From positions 1 through 22,296 of the forward strand of contig JAHQWW010000059.1 in the NCBI GenBank assembly GCA_029856365.1: a stretch of DNA of 22,296 nt, written 5' to 3'. The stretch comes from Candidatus Hodarchaeota archaeon (GTDB lineage: Archaea; Asgardarchaeota; Heimdallarchaeia; Hodarchaeales; Hodarchaeaceae). The notes under the pieces were generated by a model, which saw only the letters and a list, made by a program, of their open reading frames with translations, had not been told where the DNA came from and made no database searches. Below are positions 8,957-16,880 of this stretch, in pieces; positions within the stretch are counted from its first letter, which is position 1; each line of letters begins with the position of its first letter. The position numbers were made by a program, and so were the translations under genes.

Positions 8957-10210
8957 ATGAACATTAAAAAGAAGATAGAACAAGCAAATGAAGTGGCATT
9001 AGAGCGAATGTCGAATGTTCAACCAATTCTAGTGGATATAGAGCTAGAAGCAATGAATGTAATTCCTGCGATGGATAAGAAAACCATTCTTCACGCGGGA
9101 CCACCAATTGATTGGGGTCGAATGTGTGGCCCGACACAAGGAGCCATAGCAGGAATCCTTGTTTATGAAGGATTAGCTGCTAATATTGAAGAAGGATATG
9201 AATTAGCAGCTTCGGGGGAGATAAAATTTGATTGCAACCATGATCATGATACGGTTGGGCCAATGACAGGAGTCACCTCTCCTCACCAACCTGTATTTGT
9301 CCTAGAAGATCGAGAAAATGGAAGAAAATCTTATTGTACCTTAAATGAAGGCAGAGGAAAAGTTTTACGCTTTGGTGGGTGGGATTTTGAAGTATTAGAT
9401 AGACTCAACTGGATGAAGGATATTTTAGCACCTGCCCTGAAAAAGGCAGTAAATCACGCTAAGGGTATTGATATTAAATCTATTATTTCTGAATCCCTAC
9501 ACATGGGAGACGAGGCTCATAATCGAAATAGATCAGGTTCATATCTTTTTATGAGAGAGATTACTCCACATCTTATGGATACAGTTGATGTTTCCACAGC
9601 TAAGGAAGTTTTCCTGTTCTTGACACAAAATGCGGACATATTTAACTTAAATCTCTCTATGCCTCACTCAAAGTTAATAGCTGACGCTGCTCGTGACATT
9701 GATTATTGTTCACTTGTTGTAGCTATGGCTCGTAATGGAACCGACATAGGAATTCAAGTTTCAGCTCTTGGTCGGGAATGGTTCACCTCACCAGCAACAA
9801 TGGTAGATGGGTTATACTTTCCTGGCTTCTCTGAAGAGGATGCCTGTCCTGACTTAGGTGATTCAACTATATCAGAAGTAATAGGAATTGGGGGATTCTC
9901 AATGGCCTCGTCTCCAGCCATTGTTTCGTTTGTAGGAGGGTCTGCTTCTGAAGCAGTATCACGAACCGAACGAATGTATGAAATTACAGCTGGTAAAAGT
10001 AAAACTTTTACCATCCCAAGTTTAAATTTTCGTGGAGCTCCAACAGGAATTGATATTCGGAAAGTTGTAGAACTAAATGAACCGCCATTAATAAATACAG
10101 GAATTGCTCATAAAGAAGCTGGAATTGGTCAAATTGGAGCAGGACTCACATCTGCACCCCTAGAGATGTTTCATGAAGCGTTGAAATCTTTTGGCAAAAA
10201 ATACTTATAA
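8957..10210 (+). CDS. ylbE: DUF1116 family protein (YlbE/YahG/AllG-like)
   Basis: IEQAN..A, ILHAGPPI.W..MCGP.QGA, VGPMTGV.S, LNEGRGKVLRFG, HMGDEAHNRN, MARNGTDIG, DLGDSTISE..GIGGF, PTGID, P.INTGIAHK..G.GQIGAG. GAGG SD upstream. Confidence 0.92.
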   Translation: MNIKKKIEQANEVALERMSNVQPILVDIELEAMNVIPAMDKKTILHAGPPIDWGRMCGPTQGAIAGILVYEGLAANIEEGYELAASGEIKFDCNHDHDTVGPMTGVTSPHQPVFVLEDRENGRKSYCTLNEGRGKVLRFGGWDFEVLDRLNWMKDILAPALKKAVNHAKGIDIKSIISESLHMGDEAHNRNRSGSYLFMREITPHLMDTVDVSTAKEVFLFLTQNADIFNLNLSMPHSKLIADAARDIDYCSLVVAMARNGTDIGIQVSALGREWFTSPATMVDGLYFPGFSEEDACPDLGDSTISEVIGIGGFSMASSPAIVSFVGGSASEAVSRTERMYEITAGKSKTFTIPSLNFRGAPTGIDIRKVVELNEPPLINTGIAHKEAGIGQIGAGLTSAPLEMFHEALKSFGKKYL

Positions 10211-10343
10211 TAAACTCAATTTTTCAAGAAATTCAGGAATTTTTTCAATGAATTCTCACATATTGGATCATTCTCACGAACCAAACCAGTTAAGACAGGA
10301 ATTGGTGTAACTACTTGATAGTTACAGTCTAAAAGTTGAATAT

Positions 10344-10784
10344 TTGTCGGTTGCAGCAACACCTTTGGCTTCGATTGCCACTTCAGCTTCCGTTCTTACT
10401 TTTTTATCTTTACAACTATTTCTAAACAGTTCTCAATCAATAATAAGATTATTAGCGGGAATGAATATTATTTTTCTTCTTGTAATAGTATTCATTTCAC
10501 TTTTCTTTCAAATTATGATTTATAGGGCAAAATTACGATTATCTCGTGTAAACCATGATCTTAAATCCCAAGGAATACTGGAATGTGAGGAATTTTCGGA
10601 TGAGCAATATTCTCACCTTATCAAAATGAGCCATCTAGCCCAGAGTGGCATAAAAACGATTGATCGCATTCAATGGTTGTACATCCATGATTTATGGCGC
10701 ATATTGTATGCATTTTTGATAATATGTATTTCACTTCTCATCCTACTTATTCTGTCAGAGATTCCATTTAGATTACAATCATGA
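10344..10784 (+). CDS. Hypothetical membrane protein (about 3 TM helices); possibly the downstream part of an interrupted gene starting at 10248
   Basis: Hydrophobic segments at both ends. The TTG start has no obvious SD. An in-frame ATG at 10248 is separated from it by a single TAA (10308-10310). Confidence 0.6.
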   Translation: MSVAATPLASIATSASVLTFLSLQLFLNSSQSIIRLLAGMNIIFLLVIVFISLFFQIMIYRAKLRLSRVNHDLKSQGILECEEFSDEQYSHLIKMSHLAQSGIKTIDRIQWLYIHDLWRILYAFLIICISLLILLILSEIPFRLQS

Positions 10785-10830
10785 GAGAAGTGATTGAAAT
10801 TTTGAGAGGAATCAATCCTTAATTAGGAAT

Positions 10831-11934
10831 TTATTTTTCTTTTTTTGCTCGTTGACGTAAGATAGCAACCCTAAACCCAAGAAAAGACGATTGATTGTAT
10901 GATACGGGAGAAGGGATTGTTGAAGGTAATTTTCTTAATGTATCAGCCAGAACTGTATTACCAATTGCCATCGCACTATAATCATCGGCACGTATTTCAG
11001 CGAGGAAGATCCGATAATAGTGAAAAATAGATAGAAAGGCCGAACTAAGAAATACGAGAAAAATAAGATTAATAAACAACAAGGAAAAGATGGGATCTAA
11101 AGTAAAAATTGTCTGTTCCTGCATTAATAGAATTAATCCTGTAAAAACACAAAATATTCTCATTATACGCAAAAAAGCTTCAGTGCCTCCAATTAGATAA
11201 GATTTCTTTATGTGATTATTAGCTATATGACCGATTTCATGCAGAATAACTGCAATTAACTCTTCATCTGTTAGTTTCCAATTAAAATACCTGGAGATAA
11301 GACAAATATTCCTTTTCCAACCATAAGACATAACACCAGCACTCAGAAACAGAGAAGGAAGTTGAACATCTGCAAAGCGATATTCGGAAATCATTTGGCT
11401 TTTCGGATGATTAAGCTCAACTTGGTCAATGATTTCACTACTCACTGCCTCTTGAGCCGTGGAAAGCAATTCTTGTTTATTTATGATAGATTTTACAAGA
11501 AAATAACTTTGTACTCCCAATGAAATGATTATGGAGAGCCCCAAATAATCCCATGGTTCTAAAATTTCGATAATATTGAATACTCTAAGGATAATCGTCA
11601 ATATAAAACCTACAAATATGACATAATAGACTTGTCTAATAAGATGTAAGCCCATTTCGTACCAAGAGGGTATAAAATGAAAATATTTAACTTCTAAAGC
11701 ATAATCCCGCAAATTCTTGAAAGATTGGTAAAATAAAAGGCCAGTAAATAGGAAGGGAAAAATGAGAATGAGATCAAGAAATAATAGATAGTGAATTTCA
11801 TTGTTTAATAATACACCTAAGAAAATGAATGATAAACCCGCGAAAAGTGGGTAAAAGAAAAAATAAAGAGTAAGCAACATGACGTCGCTGATAGGTAAAG
11901 AAACGCCTAAAGATCGATCAGATTCTCTAAACAT
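10831..11934 (-). CDS. M48-family (HtpX/Ste24-like) membrane zinc metallopeptidase
   Basis: Several TM helices, LTDEELIAVILHEIGH (HExxH), and downstream EIRAD..S followed by LADTLRKL. Confidence 0.85.
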   Translation of the reverse strand: MFRESDRSLGVSLPISDVMLLTLYFFFYPLFAGLSFIFLGVLLNNEIHYLLFLDLILIFPFLFTGLLFYQSFKNLRDYALEVKYFHFIPSWYEMGLHLIRQVYYVIFVGFILTIILRVFNIIEILEPWDYLGLSIIISLGVQSYFLVKSIINKQELLSTAQEAVSSEIIDQVELNHPKSQMISEYRFADVQLPSLFLSAGVMSYGWKRNICLISRYFNWKLTDEELIAVILHEIGHIANNHIKKSYLIGGTEAFLRIMRIFCVFTGLILLMQEQTIFTLDPIFSLLFINLIFLVFLSSAFLSIFHYYRIFLAEIRADDYSAMAIGNTVLADTLRKLPSTIPSPVSYNQSSFLGFRVAILRQRAKKEK

Positions 11935-11968
11935 GAAAATTCAACTAATAATACACAAGCTTAAGTAG

Positions 11969-11987
11969 AATTACTGTGTTAGTAATT
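11969..11987. promoter_or_regulatory. Inverted repeat AATTACT-N5-AGTAATT, a candidate operator upstream of the M48 peptidase gene
   Basis: Perfect 7-bp arms located between a TATA-like box (about 12001-12008, minus strand) and the ATG at 11934. Confidence 0.35.
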
Positions 11988-11989
11988 AG

Positions 11990-12042
11990 ATTTCATCTTT
12001 TTTAAAAATTCTTACAGTTACAAACTAGAATACATAACTTCC
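11990..12042 (-). repeat. Copy 1 of a dispersed degenerate intergenic element with a TATA/BRE-like core
   Basis: 11999-12020 TTTTTAAAAATTCTTACAGTTA matches 17999-18020 TTTTTAAAACCTCTTACAGTTA at 20/22. The flanking ATTTCATC, TAGAA and AACTTCC are also shared. Confidence 0.55.
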
Positions 12043-12152
12043 TCAGTTCTTTTTTTCAAGAAGTTAATAATATCAAAATTCATTAAAAGGGAAAAAAGTT
12101 CTTTGCAATACTAGCAAAACAATTCAGAATTTTCTCCTCAGGAGGTTTTATT

Positions 12153-12587
12153 ATGTTATTGGGAAGTAAAGAACATTTACTTGAAATTAAAAAAAGAGTT
12201 AATGCAAATGAAGAGTATTTACAAATGACTAAAGGGGAAGGAAAAAAATCCTTTACCTTTATATTGGAACCAGAAATCAAAAAAAATGTTACAGAAACGA
12301 TTCGTATTGGATATAAAGAGAATGATGGTGTAATTGAGGAAATTTGGGAGGGTGAACAAGAGACAGAATTTATTATTACGGGAAAATATGGTAACTGGGT
12401 CAAAATACTCCGTCAAGAGCTGGGGGCTACGAAAGCTCTCACAATGCGTAAACTTAAACTCAAAAAAGGTAGTCTCATAAAACTTCTTCGAACTAGTGAC
12501 AGTACAATAAAATGGATTCAAATCCTCGCCAGTATTCCAGTGGAATTTCATGGAGATTATGCTTCATTATCGACAACCGAGGAATGA
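12153..12587 (+). CDS. SCP2 sterol/lipid-binding domain protein
   Basis: GGAGG SD. The pattern ETEFIITGKYGNWVKILRQELGATKALTMRKLKLK fits the SCP2 C-terminal consensus (xDFxIxGxYxxWxxxxxGxLxxxxAxxxGKLKxxG). Confidence 0.75.
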   Translation: MLLGSKEHLLEIKKRVNANEEYLQMTKGEGKKSFTFILEPEIKKNVTETIRIGYKENDGVIEEIWEGEQETEFIITGKYGNWVKILRQELGATKALTMRKLKLKKGSLIKLLRTSDSTIKWIQILASIPVEFHGDYASLSTTEE

Positions 12588-12594
12588 ATTTATT

Positions 12595-13464
12595 ATGGAC
12601 ATTCTAAAATTAGAAAATAAAGTAGCTATAGTCACAGGTGGAGCCTCTGGAATTGGTGCAGCGGTTGTGGCTCAATTTACTGACCTGGGTATGAAAGTTG
12701 TAATTGCGGATCTTGATGAGGATTTAGGGGGAAAACTAGAACAGAAATTAGTAGATAAAGGAAAAGAATGCTTTTTTCACCAACTAGATGTTTCAAAATC
12801 TGATCAAGTTTCTACTCTAGTTAAAACAACACTAAATAGATATCAAACAATTGATATTCTTGTCAATTGTGCTGGAGTAGGTGGACTCTCTGGCTATTTA
12901 GACTTAATCGAAGAAGAGTGGGATTGGATCCTCGACACGAATTTAAAGGGAACGCACCTTATGTGTTTTGCTGTGGGTCAAATTATGGTTGAAAAAGGTG
13001 TAAAAGGTCGGATCGTCAACATTTCTAGTATAAATGATGAAATCCCCGTCGTCGGGATTGCTGCTTATGCTACAAGTAAAGCTGGGATATCAGGTTTGAC
13101 ACGTGCACTGGCTTTAGAACTTGCTCCTTATGGCATAAATGTAAATGCTATCCGTCCAGGAACTATTGTCACCCCATTAATGAAAGAACCGCTGGAACTA
13201 CCAGATCTGGCACAAGCATTGATCCGACAAATCCCTCGCGGTCGCTTTGGTCACCCTAAAGATGTGGCTAATGTAATAACATTCTTGGTTTCAGATCTAG
13301 GAGAATGGGTAACCGGAGCAGTCATTCCTGTAACTGGTGGTATGCATCTTGTTGGAGAAACTTCTTTCTACTATTTTTTTGAACGAGCAATGATGCATGA
13401 AGATCAACTCCCTGATATACCTTTTTGTCGGCCCTGGAAGAAATTTGACCTTTCTAAATTTTAG
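12595..13464 (+). CDS. Classical short-chain dehydrogenase/reductase (FabG/glucose-1-dehydrogenase-like, probably NAD-dependent)
   Basis: VTGGASGIG, IADLD (acidic residue, NAD preference), LDVS, NCAG, NISS, YATSK, VNAIRPG, GRFG.P.DVA. Start moved from 12550 to ATG 12595, which removes the overlap with SCP2 and follows GAGG. Confidence 0.93.
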   Translation: MDILKLENKVAIVTGGASGIGAAVVAQFTDLGMKVVIADLDEDLGGKLEQKLVDKGKECFFHQLDVSKSDQVSTLVKTTLNRYQTIDILVNCAGVGGLSGYLDLIEEEWDWILDTNLKGTHLMCFAVGQIMVEKGVKGRIVNISSINDEIPVVGIAAYATSKAGISGLTRALALELAPYGINVNAIRPGTIVTPLMKEPLELPDLAQALIRQIPRGRFGHPKDVANVITFLVSDLGEWVTGAVIPVTGGMHLVGETSFYYFFERAMMHEDQLPDIPFCRPWKKFDLSKF

Positions 13465-13508
13465 AAAAATCAAAAAATGAATAAGCTTTTAGGAATAAAT
13501 ACACGATC

Positions 13509-13949
13509 TCAATCCTGTTTCATGAAAAATTGATAACGTCCAAACCATGCTAGTAAAAAAATCCCTCCAATTAGTGCAGCTAAATTGATTACAATAGCTA
13601 GTAAATCATATTGATAAACTCCCTGTTGCAGATTGAACGTTATATCTATCAATCCTAAAAATACAAATGCGCCACCCGCAGCTGCAGCAAAAAAGGAACC
13701 ATACGACTTCTCATTCAAAACTCCAAATGCAGAAATGAGTAACAAAATTACTATCCAAGAATCAGCAACAGGAAAAGAAGACTCAAATGCGATGTACACA
13801 TCATATAATTGATCCCCTGGTTCAAATGATTTTAAAATATCAAAGAACCATCCAATCCAAAATCCAATCAGCAATAAAGCTCCAATAATTTCACAGATAG
13901 CAATAATCCTATCATTCCTTGAATAAATTGACTTCATTATTCTTTTCAT
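13509..13949 (-). CDS. Hypothetical 4-TM membrane protein
   Basis: Four hydrophobic helices and a conserved-looking loop FESSFPVADSW. It starts 10 nt after the upstream SDR. Confidence 0.75.
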   Translation of the reverse strand: MKRIMKSIYSRNDRIIAICEIIGALLLIGFWIGWFFDILKSFEPGDQLYDVYIAFESSFPVADSWIVILLLISAFGVLNEKSYGSFFAAAAGGAFVFLGLIDITFNLQQGVYQYDLLAIVINLAALIGGIFLLAWFGRYQFFMKQD

Positions 13950-13959
13950 CCTTTATTAA

Positions 13960-14940
13960 CTATAATCCATAGAACATTGCCATGATTCGTGTCGTTAGAT
14001 TCTCAGAAAAAAATCGTTTCATTAAATTTACTCCCCATATTTGAAGTTTAGATCCAGACTTATAATGGATTTTTGGACGTTTTGCTCTTATAATCTTTTC
14101 AACTTTTTTCGACACTATTATTGGAGGAGGACTTACGATTAAATTTCGCATTATTGTTTTCCAAGCTATTTTTCCATGGTTATAATATACTGAATTTTTT
14201 TCTAATGGAATCGCATCAATCATGTCTTTAATATCAGTGGATTTGAATTTCTTGTCCTTTTTATAGAGACATGCTGTAACCGCATTACCAGGAGTATTGA
14301 TATCTCCAGGGAGGAGAGAGGATACCCGAATGTTAAATGGTCTTAATTCAATTTTCAAACTTTCTGTTAACCGTAATATTGCTGCTTTGGATGCTGAATA
14401 ATAAGCCATGAAAGGAATTGCAGAAAGGCCTGCAAGTGATGAAGTGTTGATGATTTGTCCGTTCATTTGCTCCCGCATATTAGGTAATACTGCTTGAATT
14501 ACTCGAATGTAACCAAAGAAATTGACCTCAAATTGATCTTGAATGGCTTCTAAAGAATATGTTTCTATAGGGCCAAAATGAGCAAGCCCCGCATTATTAA
14601 TAAGAACATCAATATTGTCTAAATCTTGGATAGCACTGGTCACAGAGTTCATCTTAGTAACATTCATAGAAATATATTGAATATCTTCTAAATACTTATC
14701 TAAGTTCTGGTTAATTTTGGTTGAAATAAGGATTTTACTTGGCCTTACTTCTGTTTTGGCACTGTCAATATAATAATACTTTGTATGGTCTTGAATATAT
14801 GATTCTTTGAGCTGTTCTAGATCAATATTTTCAACTTGACGTGAGGTTCCAATTACAGAGTAACCTCGAGAGGTTAAATAGATAGCATGCGATAATCCCA
14901 TCCCTGATGTAGCACCAGTAATCAAAACTTGCTTATTCAT
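13960..14940 (-). CDS. Short-chain dehydrogenase/reductase (17beta-HSD/retinol-dehydrogenase-like subgroup, probably NADP-dependent) with an insertion
   Basis: ITGATSGMG, GTSR, LINNAG, FEVNFFG.IRVIQAVLP.MR, NTSS, YSASK, PGDINT. GGAG SD upstream. Confidence 0.92.
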   Translation of the reverse strand: MNKQVLITGATSGMGLSHAIYLTSRGYSVIGTSRQVENIDLEQLKESYIQDHTKYYYIDSAKTEVRPSKILISTKINQNLDKYLEDIQYISMNVTKMNSVTSAIQDLDNIDVLINNAGLAHFGPIETYSLEAIQDQFEVNFFGYIRVIQAVLPNMREQMNGQIINTSSLAGLSAIPFMAYYSASKAAILRLTESLKIELRPFNIRVSSLLPGDINTPGNAVTACLYKKDKKFKSTDIKDMIDAIPLEKNSVYYNHGKIAWKTIMRNLIVSPPPIIVSKKVEKIIRAKRPKIHYKSGSKLQIWGVNLMKRFFSENLTTRIMAMFYGL

Positions 14941-15166
14941 TGAAACAACTCCTAAAAAAATGATTAATCTAAGTTACTGTTATGTTGACAGCAGATGAGA
15001 GGATATTAAGATTAATTTATCAATTAAACATAAGTTTTTTCAAGTTCAAAGCTGGTTATAAATATTGGAATGTTCAATTCTTGGGAAAATTGTTTTCACA
15101 GCAAGAGGAAATTATAAATAGTTTTATTTTTACATTCCAAGATATTAGAAGAATTGAGGAAAAAAA

Positions 15167-15709
15167 ATGTCCTTCCCAATGAAAATAGTTCTCATTGGTG
15201 ATCATCGAAAATCTGAAATACTACAATATTATGGAGATATTTATCGAAGTAATATCACGTTTATAGCTGTAGCAGATCTGGCTTTTAAGGTGATGAATAT
15301 AGGAGGGAATACATTCAACTTTCAGGTTTGGCAATTATCAGAAGACCCGGATTTTGAATTGGAGAGAAGAAGATACCATTATGGAGCGTTAGGAGCAATT
15401 ATAGTTTTCGATGTTACAACCGAGAGTTTTCAGAATATCATTTCATGGTTAAATGAAATATGGTCTTATAATGGAATGGAAAAATCAATTCCAATTGTTA
15501 TTGCAGGGATAAATATTCGTAAAAGATCAAATGCTCAGAAACCCATCTTTGATGAAGAAGTATGGAAGTTTACAAAGGAAATGAATCAGAAATATCAAGC
15601 AAATATAATGTATATTCCTGTTGATGAATACACAGGAGAGAATGTAGCTCAAATCTGGGAAACATTAGGGGAATGGTACATTAGATATTTACAGCAGTTA
15701 GAATCATAA
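15167..15709 (+). CDS. Rab/Ras-like small GTPase-fold protein with degenerate nucleotide-binding motifs (probable pseudo-GTPase)
   Basis: The scaffold KIVLIGD...FQVW...RYHYGALGAIIVFDVT.ESFQNI.SWL.EI...IPIVIAG...TGENV...E.L is Rab-like, but G1-G5 are all altered. GAGG SD upstream. Confidence 0.85.
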   Translation: MSFPMKIVLIGDHRKSEILQYYGDIYRSNITFIAVADLAFKVMNIGGNTFNFQVWQLSEDPDFELERRRYHYGALGAIIVFDVTTESFQNIISWLNEIWSYNGMEKSIPIVIAGINIRKRSNAQKPIFDEEVWKFTKEMNQKYQANIMYIPVDEYTGENVAQIWETLGEWYIRYLQQLES

Positions 15710-15778
15710 ATCTAGTAAAGAGACTCCTCTTCTATTAAACCAATTCTAGTAGCTAAAAATAATAATGAATGGTCAGAA

Positions 15779-16567
15779 ATGATTCAACAAATACCACAGA
15801 ATCAATTAATGGATTTTTGGCCTTATTTTGAAAGACATAAAATGCGGAACCCACTGGCTCAAAATCTTGCGTGGTCAACTGTGGAAGGTTTTGTAGATAA
15901 TTTGGAAAATCCAGATGTAGTACTTTTTCTATGTCAGCAATGGGCATGTTATTTAGCAGGAAATAGGAAAGCTGAGAATTTGAAAGAATTATTAGTGAAA
16001 ATTCCAGAAAAAGCATTTATCTATGTGCCTTCTCAAGAATGGGAAAGATGTCTTAAAACTCAATGGACCTACTTTGGATATTTTCCTCGTACTGAGCTTT
16101 CTGCAAAGAATATATCATTACAGCGAATTAGGCGATTATTAAATTCGTTGCCTGAAGGATTCCAGATGAAAAAGGTTGATATAGAAGTAGCAAATCAAAT
16201 CTTGAGTCAGAAATTTTCAAACCATTGGGTAGGAGTGATAAACTATTTTGGAAGTCCCGAAAAATTTGACGAGGAAGGAATAGGATACTGTATTCAAGAA
16301 GATGAAAAAATAGCTTCCCTAGTAATGGGATTTAAGGCATCTGTACCGATTACTCAAAGTCTTGAAATCGCCATCGCAACCCACCCAGATTACCAGGGAA
16401 GAGGTTTTGCAACATTGGTAAGTGCCAAACTGATTGAATATATTTTAAAAAAGGGGATTGAACCACATTGGGATGCTGCAAATCCCTTATCTGTAAAATT
16501 AGCACAAAAATTAGGATTCACTGATCCTGAACCATATAGGTGCTATTATTGGCGAAAGAAACCATGA
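15779..16567 (+). CDS. GNAT-family N-acetyltransferase
   Basis: C-terminal GNAT domain: GIGYCI, EIAIATHPDYQGRGFAT (acetyl-CoA motif A), P.WDAANPLSVKLAQKLGF. Confidence 0.9.
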   Translation: MIQQIPQNQLMDFWPYFERHKMRNPLAQNLAWSTVEGFVDNLENPDVVLFLCQQWACYLAGNRKAENLKELLVKIPEKAFIYVPSQEWERCLKTQWTYFGYFPRTELSAKNISLQRIRRLLNSLPEGFQMKKVDIEVANQILSQKFSNHWVGVINYFGSPEKFDEEGIGYCIQEDEKIASLVMGFKASVPITQSLEIAIATHPDYQGRGFATLVSAKLIEYILKKGIEPHWDAANPLSVKLAQKLGFTDPEPYRCYYWRKKP

Positions 16568-16879
16568 AATAATTCAGAACTAAGAAAATCCTTTGATCCT
16601 CAATTTGAAAGGGGATTAGAAAATTTAAGCTTATTGAAATCAAAGATAAAAACAATTCAAACAAAAAAACAGGTTAAGAAAGTTGATAGTTACCTTTTAT
16701 CATTGTTAACTAAAACACGAGGGACTTTTGAGGAAATACTCTGCAATATCAATCGTTTCCTTGAAACTAAAATTGTAGAAAAATCAGATATCCCTCAATT
16801 CAAAGAATATGTTGGAAAAATTGAACAACGGCTTAATTCTCTTGAACAGATTGAAAATGAAACAAAAGCTCTTAATTAA
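16568..16879 (+). pseudogene. In-frame helical C-terminal extension of the GNAT gene behind a single TGA (alternatively a separate 81-aa ORF from TTG 16634)
   Basis: The GNAT frame continues without a stop after TGA 16565-16567: NNSELRKSFDPQFERGLENLSLLKSKIK...ETKALN* (103 aa). Confidence 0.55.
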
Positions 16880-16880
16880 T

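Noticed and set aside
1057-10014. Short antisense or alternate-frame ORFs in the track (1057, 1366, 2896, 4273, 4563, 5012, 6017, 6668, 7434, 7579, 9754)
   Set aside because: All are nested within well-supported genes and have no motifs; they are shadow ORFs.
12550-12594. N-terminal extension of the SDR from ATG 12550
   Set aside because: It overlaps the SCP2 gene by 38 nt; ATG 12595 gives a normal SDR N-terminus.
14982-15182. 66-aa ORF upstream of the pseudo-GTPase
   Set aside because: It occupies the AT-rich divergent promoter region, has no SD or motif, and does not supply the missing P-loop residues.
16565-16567. Genome-wide TGA reassignment (alternative genetic code)
   Set aside because: TGA ends eutA, the Mo large subunit, the acyl-CoA dehydrogenase, SCP2, M42 and an ABC subunit at plausible C-termini, and Trp is encoded by TGG in the translated genes.
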